Source: Ignavibacteriota bacterium (GTDB taxonomy: Bacteria > Bacteroidota > Ignavibacteria > Kapaibacteriales > UBA2268). From it: a stretch of DNA of 59,735 nucleotides. The translations under genes were made by a program, and so were the position numbers. The notes beneath the pieces are model-generated. The model searched no databases. It had not been told where the DNA came from and saw only the letters and a program-made list of their open reading frames with translations. The stretch covers positions 1 to 59,735 of the forward strand of contig JBHADY010000180.1 of NCBI GenBank assembly GCA_041855325.1, written 5' to 3'. Below, piece after piece: positions 29,363 through 38,666 of this stretch (positions are counted from its first letter, which is position 1; each line of letters opens with the position of its first letter).

Positions 29363-31447
29363 CTATCTAAATATCTTATTCCTTATTCTCTCTATTAAGT
29401 TCAGGTTTGAAGAAATTAGCGATTCATCGAAATCATCATTATCTAAAATCTCGCCCGGAGAGAACTCCTTGCTCTGCTCTGGATAAAGGAGTATGAGGTT
29501 CGTATCCTCAGCTCTATCCACAAGATTACTTATGAATAGATTATTATGCGCAAAATAGGAAATACCCTTCATTCGGGAGTGCACCATAATGTTTACACTT
29601 TCGGCAGTCGCCACTGTGTCTATATCTATCTTATAGAACTCATCTACGCAGACAATATTATTCTTAATGCCATAGCTCTTGTATAAGTTGCTTATATACT
29701 GAGACTTACTTTCGCTGTGGTATATATTCACCACAGCTTTTATGTTCTTAGCGAAAGTCTTAATCAGCTCGTTCCACTTCAGGAAGCCTTTCTCGAACTG
29801 CGCATTTTGCGGAACGTATAGGTTAATCTGCTTTATATTCTGCATCTTATTCAGCTTAGCCACGAGTATCATAGATGGATTTCGGCTAAGCAGCTTAATT
29901 AATTGCTTATTATATAGACTGCTGTCTATCGTACGCTTAAAGTTCCAACCAAGTATAGTGCAAGTGATTAGCAGTTCATTGATTGCCTTATCCAGAGCGT
30001 GGGGCAAACTGGCATCCAGCCTTGTGGTCGGCGATAGACTCACATTATACGCCTCGATTTGCTTAAGCAGTCCGCTCATCATTTGGTTATTGTTATATAT
30101 TATGCTGTTGTAGTCCTTTTCCTCTCTAATCACAGAGATTGGGAAGATGGGCTCCGAGTTCTTTTCCTTGAATAGAATAGCGGTTTTGATTAGTGAATCC
30201 ACTGTTTTCGGATTTGCGTATGGCACGAGTATCCTCTGTGGCATCACTTCGGGGATTTCATTAATATCTGCTGTTTTCGCAGCTATTACCTTTCCTGTTT
30301 CTTCACTTATGAAGCTGGAAACTATGCAAGTTAATAGTATAAGCAAGATGATTGCATTAAGTGCGTTAGTATCAAGTATGTTAAGGCTATGCACTACTAT
30401 GGCAATGGCTATGGTCGCTCCAGCTTGCGATAGGTTCAGTCCGAAGATAAGCCTTCTGCTATCCTTATCTATCTTAAATTGCTTGCCGGCAAGGAGAATC
30501 GCTAAGTACTTACCAATAAAGGTAATAGCAATAAATAATATAGCATATACCCAAGGCTCAATGTTAGAGAAGATGACTTTTAAGTCTATCAAGAAACCTA
30601 CGTAAATAAGGAAGAATGGGATAAATAGTGCATTCCCCACGAACTCTATCCTTTGCATAAGGAATGAGTTATGCGGAATTAAATTATTAAGTGCCAGCCC
30701 CATTAAGAATGCTCCCACGATAGGCTCTATATCCAATGAATGCGATAGTATAGCACTAAGTATAAGCAAGGTAAAAGTAAAGAGGAATTGCGAAGTGTTC
30801 TCCACATCATAAGAGTTGAAGAACTTCTTCGTGAGTCGCGGGAAGATTATCAAAGTAACCACTGCCAGCAGTATGAACTTCAGCACCACCTTAAGCACTA
30901 TGGCAAGGTTAAATCCATCAATAGCAAACTGCTTTAAGAAGCCAAGGCAAATCAATATACTTGTATCTGCCAGCACAGCCGCCCCGACGGCAGCTATCAC
31001 AGGCATAGTGTTATGTATGTTTAGTCGCTTTACAATAGGATAAGATATTAATGTATTCGTCGAAAAGATGATAGCAATAAGCATTGCATCAATTGGCGCC
31101 TTCCCGAAGAAGTTCGCGAATACGAGGAAGGCAATTAAGCTGGGCAATAGGAATAGCAATATACCATATACTATATTGAAATTTCGGAATTTCTTAAACT
31201 CGTGAAAATCCAAGTCCAAGCCCGCAATAAACATAATGAATATAAGCCCTATATTCCCGAAGAACTCTATATTTGAGTCACTGGAGATTATGTTCAGTCC
31301 GTTTGGACCAATAAGCATACCCATTAATATTAATCCGACTATGCTCGGGATTCGTATCTTCGATAAGAGCATAGGCAGAAATAGGATAATCACAAGTATT
31401 ATCCCGTATGTTATAAGCGGGTCGTTAATTGGTAATTGTATATTCAA
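29363..31447 (-). CDS. Cation:proton antiporter (CPA2/Kef-like) with large C-terminal cytoplasmic domain
   Basis: About 390-aa polytopic N-terminal half typical of the Na+/H+ exchanger family. About 300-aa soluble C-terminal extension (possibly tandem USP-like; not verified). Confidence 0.7.
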   Translation of the reverse strand: MNIQLPINDPLITYGIILVIILFLPMLLSKIRIPSIVGLILMGMLIGPNGLNIISSDSNIEFFGNIGLIFIMFIAGLDLDFHEFKKFRNFNIVYGILLFLLPSLIAFLVFANFFGKAPIDAMLIAIIFSTNTLISYPIVKRLNIHNTMPVIAAVGAAVLADTSILICLGFLKQFAIDGFNLAIVLKVVLKFILLAVVTLIIFPRLTKKFFNSYDVENTSQFLFTFTLLILSAILSHSLDIEPIVGAFLMGLALNNLIPHNSFLMQRIEFVGNALFIPFFLIYVGFLIDLKVIFSNIEPWVYAILFIAITFIGKYLAILLAGKQFKIDKDSRRLIFGLNLSQAGATIAIAIVVHSLNILDTNALNAIILLILLTCIVSSFISEETGKVIAAKTADINEIPEVMPQRILVPYANPKTVDSLIKTAILFKEKNSEPIFPISVIREEKDYNSIIYNNNQMMSGLLKQIEAYNVSLSPTTRLDASLPHALDKAINELLITCTILGWNFKRTIDSSLYNKQLIKLLSRNPSMILVAKLNKMQNIKQINLYVPQNAQFEKGFLKWNELIKTFAKNIKAVVNIYHSESKSQYISNLYKSYGIKNNIVCVDEFYKIDIDTVATAESVNIMVHSRMKGISYFAHNNLFISNLVDRAEDTNLILLYPEQSKEFSPGEILDNDDFDESLISSNLNLIERIRNKIFR

Positions 31448-31541
31448 TATTGTCTTTCAACGTAATCCTAAAGTCAAATAAACACGATAAATCAATATTT
31501 ATTTTATCGGTTATGAAAATAGTGCTTTTTGTAAATGCAAA

Positions 31542-31566
31542 ATAGGGGAACAGCGTGTTCCCCTAT
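31542..31566 (-). terminator. Terminator hairpin downstream of ahcY
   Basis: Perfect 10-bp stem ataggggaac / gttcccctat with a 5-nt loop. On the minus strand it is followed by uuugcauuu. Confidence 0.6.
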
Positions 31567-31595
31567 TATCCTATAAGTCTCTATATAGCAAGATA

Positions 31596-32909
31596 TTAAG
31601 TACCTTGGTTATAGTCATTAATATATGCTAATTGGTCGTCGCTAAGTTTGTCTATGTTAATGCCCATAGCGTTTAGCTTAGTTTCAGCGATGAACTCATC
31701 TTGTTCAGCTGGCAGGTCGAGCACTTCCACTGGAAGTTTAACGCCTGCTTTGTGAGCTTCCACTAATTTAAGGTGGCTCATAAACTGATTAGCAAAGGAC
31801 ATATCCATAACTTCTGATGGGTGTCCCTCTGCAGCTGCGAGGTTCACTAATCTACCCTGAGCAAGGAGGAATAGCTTCTTGCCATTCTTCAGTGTATATT
31901 CTTCACAGTTCGGACGAATAGTGCGCTTAGAAGTAGCAACAGCTTCGAGCTCTGGGATATTAATTTCAGCATCATAGTGTCCTGTGTTGCAGATGATAGC
32001 ACCATCTCTCATTGATTCATAGTGGTGCTTTCTTAGTATGTCTTTCACACCGGTAGCAGTAACGAATACGTCGCCTACTTTTGCTGCTTCGTCCATAGTC
32101 ATTACTTCGTGACCCACGAGCACACCTTTAAGAGCAGCAGTAGCTTTCACTTCAGTGATGATAGTATTCGCGCCCATTCCTTTTGCACGCATAGCAACGC
32201 CAGTACCGCAGTGTCCGTGGCCTGCCACTACGAAGTTCTTTCCAGCAAGAAGAACGGAAGTAGCTCTAAGTATACCATCTAAAGTAGATTGGCCAGTGCC
32301 ATAAACGTTATCGAAGTCCCATTTAGTTTCAGCATCATTCACTGCATATACTGGATAGTATAAGTTTCCAGCAGCAGCGCGAGAGCGAAGTCTGTGGATA
32401 CCAGTAGTAGTTTCTTCTGTTCCGCCGATTACATAGTTCTTAGCGAGGTCTACGTAGTTTTCGTGAACTGTGTTAATTAAGTCGCAACCATCATCGAGTG
32501 TGAGGTGTGGCTTAAAGTCTATAGTTCTATCAATGCACCAATAGAAGTCTTCGTGGTTTCCGTACCAAGCATACATAGAGATGCCATCTGCAGCGAGTGC
32601 GGCAGCCACTGCATCATTTGTCGAAAGTGGGTTGCAGCCAGACCAAGAGATTTCAGCGCCAGCTTCTGCGAAAGTACGAATAAGAACAGCTGTTTCCTTA
32701 GTTACGTGCAAGCAACCAGCTATCTTATATCCTTTGAACGGCTTAGTTTTGCTGTATGTTTCTCTTAGTTTCATTAATACAGGCATTCTTGATTCTGCCC
32801 AGTCAATTAGCATTCTGCCCTCTTCGGCTAAATTAATATCGCGTACGCAATATTTTCCTTCTACTTCGCTAAAGTTACCTTTAGCAGCTTTTTGTGGTAT
32901 ATTTGACAT
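31596..32909 (-). CDS. ahcY: Adenosylhomocysteinase
   Basis: YCVRDINLAEEGRMLIDWAESRMPVLM N-terminus, NAD-binding GHGHCGTGVAMRAKGMGA, conserved HPSEVMDMSFANQ block. 437 aa. Confidence 0.9.
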   Translation of the reverse strand: MSNIPQKAAKGNFSEVEGKYCVRDINLAEEGRMLIDWAESRMPVLMKLRETYSKTKPFKGYKIAGCLHVTKETAVLIRTFAEAGAEISWSGCNPLSTNDAVAAALAADGISMYAWYGNHEDFYWCIDRTIDFKPHLTLDDGCDLINTVHENYVDLAKNYVIGGTEETTTGIHRLRSRAAAGNLYYPVYAVNDAETKWDFDNVYGTGQSTLDGILRATSVLLAGKNFVVAGHGHCGTGVAMRAKGMGANTIITEVKATAALKGVLVGHEVMTMDEAAKVGDVFVTATGVKDILRKHHYESMRDGAIICNTGHYDAEINIPELEAVATSKRTIRPNCEEYTLKNGKKLFLLAQGRLVNLAAAEGHPSEVMDMSFANQFMSHLKLVEAHKAGVKLPVEVLDLPAEQDEFIAETKLNAMGINIDKLSDDQLAYINDYNQGT

Positions 32910-32990
32910 ATTTCTTTGTATTAAAATTTATGATTTATATTTACTTATCTTTCTATCTGGATGTATTATTCAATTCTAACTAATATGTAG

Positions 32991-33995
32991 TTATCGGCTG
33001 CTTAGCCTTTTTTCTTTATCGTTTATCTGTGTTAGTATGTTCGACTTACTGAATTCATCGATTATCTCTTGCCGCAGGACTTGAAGCACGCCCTCTGGGC
33101 TGAGTATATCATCTTCCTGCAGCTCGGTTACTAAGTCCTCTGCCATAAAGAGGGGAGAGTGTTCATTCATCTCCAAAGCCCACTCTTTAAAGCCCATATA
33201 CTGAGCGAACCACTCAGAGAGAGCGACTATCACGGTCAGCGGTTCGTGTATGTTTTCGTCTATGTTTATTCCGCTTTCGCCGTATGAAATGCGTATGCTT
33301 TCGTCCTTTTCCTTTTCGCGTTCTTCGTTTACTTGCTTCAGCATTTCTATGGCTTGGTTATATTCGAGGTGATGAAGCAGCACAGCATTTTCTATATTCT
33401 CTGGCAGCTTCCACCTGCGGACAAGCCATGCCCCAATATCCGCATGAGTGCAGTTAAGCACTTGCTTTTCCGCTGCGACAAAGCTTAATCCTTTAGTCAT
33501 CTGCAGGGATCGCATTTTCTCGAATTCCTTTGGGAAGTATTGTATCAGCATTAATATGCCAATATCGTGAATAAGCCCCGCAACGAATGCCTCGCCTGCC
33601 AGCTTATAGTGAAAGCGACGAGCTATCACGCGAGAGGCAGCTCCGCAGAACACAGAATAACGCCAGAAATCATTAATATCGAATAGGTCTTTCCTAACTT
33701 TTGCGAATATGCGCTGCACGGCAAGGCTAAGGACTATTTCCTTTATCGTCTTTAGTCCCATAACCACTATTGCTAAGTCTATAGTGGAAATTCTGCGGGA
33801 AAAGCCGAACATAGCGCTGTTCGCCACGGTGAGCACGCGCATGGTCAGGGCTTGGTCTCGCTCTATGATAGATGCAAGGGCAGATGCGCTCAGATTTTCG
33901 TCCTCCACGGCATCCAGCACCTGCATAATTACGTGCGGAATAGTAGGCACATTAGATGATGCTTCGAGTATTTTTAGTACATTCTTATCAAGCAT
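32991..33995 (-). CDS. HDOD domain signalling protein
   Basis: LPTIPHVIMQVLDAV...ASALASIIERDQALTMRVLTVANSAMFG... and HDIG-like GLIHDIGILML are typical of HDOD/HD-related domains. Its start overlaps the fliA stop by 8 nt. Confidence 0.7.
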   Translation of the reverse strand: MLDKNVLKILEASSNVPTIPHVIMQVLDAVEDENLSASALASIIERDQALTMRVLTVANSAMFGFSRRISTIDLAIVVMGLKTIKEIVLSLAVQRIFAKVRKDLFDINDFWRYSVFCGAASRVIARRFHYKLAGEAFVAGLIHDIGILMLIQYFPKEFEKMRSLQMTKGLSFVAAEKQVLNCTHADIGAWLVRRWKLPENIENAVLLHHLEYNQAIEMLKQVNEEREKEKDESIRISYGESGINIDENIHEPLTVIVALSEWFAQYMGFKEWALEMNEHSPLFMAEDLVTELQEDDILSPEGVLQVLRQEIIDEFSKSNILTQINDKEKRLSSR

Positions 33996-34764
33996 TCTCT
34001 AATTTGTTTAATTTGTCTTTAATCTCTTTTATCACTTGGGCGTGAATCTGGCAAACGCGGCTTTCGGTCAGGTTCAGCACATTGCCTATTGCCTTAAAGT
34101 TCATTTCTTCATAGTAATATAGCATAATAACTAATCGCTTTTTCTCTGGCATTTCGGTTAGTATCTTGCTTATATTATTTACTCTTTCTTCGTTTTCTAA
34201 TTTATCGAGGGTATTTACTAATGAATCATCTGGCACTTCTTCGAGTATATCGAAGTCATCTTCGCCGAGCTGACCTTGGCTGTTTTCATTCAGATATTGA
34301 TTCGCCTTAGCAGCAGCTGCCGCCTGCAGATAAACCTGATATTCGCTTTCGTTTATATTCAGCTTTTTCATTATCTGCTCTGCGGTAACCTCTGCTCCCT
34401 GCTTTTTGCGCAGTTCATCTTCTGCGTGCATCAGGTCTTGGGCGCGTTTCCTTGCAGTGCGGGATAGCCAATCAAGCTTTCTTAGCTCATCGAGGACTAC
34501 ACCCTTAATACGCGTCATGGCATAAGTCTCGAACTTTACGCCTTTCTCTTTGTCGAACCTTTCGATAGCATCGCTAAGCCCGAGCATACCAATATTAATA
34601 AAGTCTTCGTAGTGAAGAATACTATTATTGGGCAAGTGCATTCCTTGAACTGCATACTTCACCAATCCTATGTATGATAGCATTAGCTCTTTCTTCGGCG
34701 CAATATCCTTATTTACTAAGTACTTCGCCCACAGTTCTTCGTTTCTTTGTTCGTTTATTGCCAT
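33988..34764 (-). CDS. fliA: Flagellar RNA polymerase sigma factor, FliA/WhiG (sigma-28) family
   Basis: Region 2 (DFINIGMLGLSDAIERFD), region 3 and region 4 HTH (LNLTESRVCQIHAQVIKEIK). Located downstream of flhF-flhG. Confidence 0.85.
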   Translation of the reverse strand: MAINEQRNEELWAKYLVNKDIAPKKELMLSYIGLVKYAVQGMHLPNNSILHYEDFINIGMLGLSDAIERFDKEKGVKFETYAMTRIKGVVLDELRKLDWLSRTARKRAQDLMHAEDELRKKQGAEVTAEQIMKKLNINESEYQVYLQAAAAAKANQYLNENSQGQLGEDDFDILEEVPDDSLVNTLDKLENEERVNNISKILTEMPEKKRLVIMLYYYEEMNFKAIGNVLNLTESRVCQIHAQVIKEIKDKLNKLENA

Positions 34765-34848
34765 TTTACGTTATTGCTATTAATAGATAGCATTATCTAT
34801 ATCATATAAAATATTATCTCTATCGTCTTATCTAATTCAATATTTTAC

Positions 34849-35526
34849 TTATCTGATTTCCTCTTCTATTTCGCCCATATCGCCAAAATTTAGTGGCTGA
34901 TTCTGGGTGAAGAGATCATCATTTTCATTTGCGAAATTATCGTCTGCGAAATTTGCATTATCTTGGAAGTCATCAGCGAAAGCCACATCGGCAGTGCTTT
35001 CTTCCAGCGGTGGTATAGCCTGCTCAGCTGATGATGGTGGCAGAGCGGTCGGCTCGGAGCTGCGTTCAGTTGCGTTTTTAAGTTCTCGCTCACTGACTTT
35101 AATTTCCTCTTCTAAGGCGCGGAGGTGCTTAGCTCTTTCCTCTTCTTCGAGGTGCAGTCTTTCGCGTTCTGCTTCGATTTCCTGCTCTAATTCCTTTTTC
35201 TTAATGTCCGAAATAATCCACACAAGCACAGCCATAATCAGTCCGCCACCCAAAAGGAACGCCAGCACGGCAAGGCTTCCCCTATATAGCGAGCGGATCA
35301 TATCCACTTCTGAACCATAATGCTGAATTAAGAAAGTAATAGCCCCAGCCAAGAGGGACAATTGAAATAGCGTCTTAAACGGGAACTTCACAAGTCGGCG
35401 TATTCGCTTTTCTTCCTTTTTCTCTAAGGCTTTTCGTTTCTTCGCAGCCTCGGCTTTCCGCTTCTCTAACTCTTTCTCTAATTGGTCAGCATCTATATTT
35501 TCGCTTTTTTTCGTATCTTTTGCCAT
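34849..35526 (-). CDS. Hypothetical two-TM coiled-coil protein with acidic D/F/N-rich tail
   Basis: 225 aa. K/E-rich N-terminus. Two hydrophobic helices (LFQLSLLAGAITFLIQ and LAVLAFLLGGGLIMAVLVWII). E/R/K coiled-coil. C-terminal tail AFADDFQDNANFADDNFANENDDLF. Sits between flhG and fliA on the same strand. Confidence 0.6.
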   Translation of the reverse strand: MAKDTKKSENIDADQLEKELEKRKAEAAKKRKALEKKEEKRIRRLVKFPFKTLFQLSLLAGAITFLIQHYGSEVDMIRSLYRGSLAVLAFLLGGGLIMAVLVWIISDIKKKELEQEIEAERERLHLEEEERAKHLRALEEEIKVSERELKNATERSSEPTALPPSSAEQAIPPLEESTADVAFADDFQDNANFADDNFANENDDLFTQNQPLNFGDMGEIEEEIR

Positions 35527-35549
35527 TAGCTATTACTTATTCTTATTAA

Positions 35550-36389
35550 TTATACTTTGCTATTATTTAGTAATAGATTATAGTATTCGCTTATTTTATC
35601 GCTTATTTCTTCTATAGCTTGCGTAGCTTCGCTATTTGGTTTGGTGCTGACGAGTGCTTCTTGCATCAGTATGGACTGCCGCACAGCTCTATCGTATGGG
35701 ACGAATCCCATAGACGGAATGTGCATATTTAAGAACTTATCAGTTACCAAATTAAACTTTTCTACCACTTCCTCGGCGTCCTCGTCGTCAATCACATTAT
35801 TAACGAGTAGCTTCATTTTCCTTAGGTCTATCTTAGTCTTAAGGATTTTGACTAATCCATAAGCATCGAGCATAGAGGTTGGTTCGTCCGTCATAGTGAG
35901 CATTACCATATCGGATATATTGCAGCATTGGAATATATCCTCTGAGTACCCCGCCGGCGAATCAATGATTATATAATCATAGTTCGTTTTGCTTAGTATC
36001 TGTTCAACGGCTATGTATACTTTATTATCTATGAATTTGTTTCCATCAATTAGCGCTGGAGAGCCAGAAAGTATGGATAAATTGTCATTTATACTGAAAA
36101 TCGCCTGAGTTGCATCGATTTTATTCGCATAAACATCGTTTAGCCGCACGGGTGGTTCCACTCCGAGCATAAGATGAACATTGGGGAATTGTATATTCGT
36201 GTCCCAAATCAGCACCTTCGCGAACTTAGATAGCAGAATACCGAAGTTCACGGCTAATACGCTTTTGCCCACGCCGCCTTTGCCACTGCAGAAAGTCAGC
36301 ACGAAGGGGGATTTCTCATCTACTACTGTATCCACCGGGATTGCGGAAGAGTCGAGCTTTATATCATTGGTATTATTCGCTTCTTTCAT
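35550..36389 (-). CDS. flhG: Flagellar number/placement regulator, MinD/ParA-family ATPase FlhG (YlxH/FleN)
   Basis: Deviant Walker A CSGKGGVGKSVLAVN. MinD-like layout. Its start overlaps the flhF stop by 17 nt. Confidence 0.85.
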   Translation of the reverse strand: MKEANNTNDIKLDSSAIPVDTVVDEKSPFVLTFCSGKGGVGKSVLAVNFGILLSKFAKVLIWDTNIQFPNVHLMLGVEPPVRLNDVYANKIDATQAIFSINDNLSILSGSPALIDGNKFIDNKVYIAVEQILSKTNYDYIIIDSPAGYSEDIFQCCNISDMVMLTMTDEPTSMLDAYGLVKILKTKIDLRKMKLLVNNVIDDEDAEEVVEKFNLVTDKFLNMHIPSMGFVPYDRAVRQSILMQEALVSTKPNSEATQAIEEISDKISEYYNLLLNNSKV

Positions 36390-37530
36390 CTTCCTCTTTC
36401 CTTTGTAATTCGGGGAGTAGTAGTTCGAGCAGTTTGCGTTTTTCTGCTTGTTCTATGTCGTCTGGTATATTCTGTCCTATGGAGAAATAGGATAGCGGTA
36501 TAGTCGCAGTGCTAATGCCTTCCACCACTTCGCCATAGCGTATAGTTTCGTCTATTTTGCTAAGAATAATGGAAGTTGGCTTCCACTTCTTAAATGTATT
36601 AATAGTATTCTTTATGGAGTTTTTACTCAAGTTCGCCTGCATAACGAGGTATTTATGAGTAAAATCCACATTGTCAATTATCTTATTCACATCATCTATA
36701 GCAGAGATATTATGATAGCCCGCTCCGGCAGAATCTATGAATATATAGTCGTATTCACTTTCTTTATTGATCACTGCGCGTAGCTCTTCGTTGCTATTGA
36801 CGGCGCGGAACTGTATGCCGGCTATTGAAGCGTATGACTGCAATTGATCCGCCCCGCCGATTTTTATATTATCCGCAGAGATAATAAGCACGCGTCCTTC
36901 GAATACTAACTTACAGATAATCGCAAGTTTAATAAGAACGCTGGTCTTTCCGCTGCCAGTTGATCCGACGAAGCCGATTATCTGCTTTTCGCCTTTGCGC
37001 TCGATAACATCGCCGAACTTAATTCGCTCTAATATCAGCTTTCCTGCTTCTTTGATAGAGTCGTATAGATTTATACTTCCATCGTTTATGTTCAGGCGGA
37101 TTATGGTATTCAGCACCATATTTTCGCTTAAGCCATTATCAAGTAGTATTTTATATAGGTTTCTCGCATTCGGCGAGAGGGCAGAGATATTCTTAAATCT
37201 CACTATTTCCGTCAGTTCGAATAGCTGGTTCTGCACCTGATTAATCTCCGTGAATAGCTTATTCAGCTGTCTTTGTACTATGTCGTCGCTATCGGTGTCC
37301 GGCAGTTTATCTATTGTCTTTGCGGTTATAGCCTCTGGCTTAGCGAAGGAGTACTCATCGCTTCTTTGTGCGTTGGTGTCGAGCGCGGCGACTATTTCCA
37401 CAGCACTTTCTGAAGACTCAGGATTAACGATAGTGCGCGTAGATAGGATAATCGCGTCCTCGCCGAGTTCGTCGATAACGCGGTTCTTGCCTTCTTGTAT
37501 ATTTGCAGCTATGTATTTCTTTATCTTCAT
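36373..37530 (-). CDS. flhF: Flagellar biosynthesis SRP-type GTPase FlhF
   Basis: MKIKKYIAANIQEGKNRVIDELGEDAIILSTR N-terminus typical of FlhF. G1 GSTGSGKTS, G3 IDSAGAG, G4 LSKIDE. Confidence 0.85.
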   Translation of the reverse strand: MKIKKYIAANIQEGKNRVIDELGEDAIILSTRTIVNPESSESAVEIVAALDTNAQRSDEYSFAKPEAITAKTIDKLPDTDSDDIVQRQLNKLFTEINQVQNQLFELTEIVRFKNISALSPNARNLYKILLDNGLSENMVLNTIIRLNINDGSINLYDSIKEAGKLILERIKFGDVIERKGEKQIIGFVGSTGSGKTSVLIKLAIICKLVFEGRVLIISADNIKIGGADQLQSYASIAGIQFRAVNSNEELRAVINKESEYDYIFIDSAGAGYHNISAIDDVNKIIDNVDFTHKYLVMQANLSKNSIKNTINTFKKWKPTSIILSKIDETIRYGEVVEGISTATIPLSYFSIGQNIPDDIEQAEKRKLLELLLPELQRKEEDERSE

Positions 37531-37669
37531 TATATATAATGGGTTTTATGGATTTATCACCCGAAAGTCAAAAAAATACTGTGCCAAGAATTACCCTTTC
37601 GGTAAATTCTTTGCATTGTGATGAGTTAATGCTGCTATTTCAGTAGCATTACTACTAATAATGATTTAC

Positions 37670-38494
37670 TTACTGTTCCTTAATATGCAAGCCCACTCCA
37701 CAGTCAATGATGTTAACCAGCTTTATTTTCTTGCCTTTTGCGCTTCGGTCTTCTATTTTATATCGCAAAAGTGCAAGCTGGAATAAGCCATAATGCGGGA
37801 TATTCATTTCGGATAATTTGCTATAAGGCATAAGGAAATTTCCTGTTTCCTCCACGTCTATACCTTGATATACCTTCGGGTTGCTCTGGTCGAGGTAAGA
37901 TTGATACCACTTGAATGAAATATATACTTTAGTATCATTGTTCTCATTCTTATTCCACGAGAAGAATAGTTCTCTATTCTTATACAAGGTATCGGACACG
38001 TCTTTGAAGTAATAAGGCTCTAAACTGCTAAGGTATTTCGTATTTACTTCGTAATCCTCCCCGTCGAATTTAAATTTCAGATTACAGGGGGCATCGGGTG
38101 AGTGCTTAGTAAGATCTAAGTTTTTGCTCTCTTGGAAAAAGTACCCAGGATATACTATAGGTGAAGTCTGCACAAGCATATCGCCATTCACGCTAACTTC
38201 GCTCACTTTTTCTATATCTTTTGCTATCATAAGTAGCGATGGCTGAGGTGGAATCAGCTTGCCCTTAGTCGAATTGATATACTTCTCGCTGGCGAGATAA
38301 TTCACTAACACGAAGTCGCAGTCGGAGAAATCGCTTTCAGATATTATCTTGGAAGATAGCGACTTGTCCAATACCACGTTCACTTGCATTGCTTGCTTCA
38401 CGTCCACGCGAAAGTCATCTGGGTTATCTTTCCCGCAGGAGAGCATCGCGAGCGACATCACAAGCAAAAACATATACTTATACATTCTGAGCAT
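37670..38494 (-). CDS. Hypothetical lipoprotein
   Basis: Lipobox-like LAMLSCGKD after a hydrophobic leader. No other recognisable motif. Confidence 0.55.
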   Translation of the reverse strand: MLRMYKYMFLLVMSLAMLSCGKDNPDDFRVDVKQAMQVNVVLDKSLSSKIISESDFSDCDFVLVNYLASEKYINSTKGKLIPPQPSLLMIAKDIEKVSEVSVNGDMLVQTSPIVYPGYFFQESKNLDLTKHSPDAPCNLKFKFDGEDYEVNTKYLSSLEPYYFKDVSDTLYKNRELFFSWNKNENNDTKVYISFKWYQSYLDQSNPKVYQGIDVEETGNFLMPYSKLSEMNIPHYGLFQLALLRYKIEDRSAKGKKIKLVNIIDCGVGLHIKEQ

Positions 38495-38666
38495 ACTTTT
38501 TCCTTATTTAATAATTTCCAGAATACTAAAAATTATCCCATCAAAATTAAGCAAATTATTTATATTTAGCAAATTTTTTCGGATTATTTTCATATTTTAA
38601 CTATCTTAAAAGTATACTACGCTATATGCATTACCAATTATTGATTATGAATAATACACAGATAGT

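Noticed and set aside
32910-32990. Possible SAH riboswitch upstream of ahcY
   Set aside because: The 81-nt leader is extremely AT-rich. It lacks the GC-rich pseudoknot-forming segments expected for an SAH riboswitch.
34907-35320. 137-aa Ser-rich plus-strand ORF
   Set aside because: It is the antisense mirror of the E/K/R-rich coiled-coil region of the 225-aa minus-strand ORF (GAA/AAG codons read as TTC/CTT/Ser-Leu). It has no independent support.
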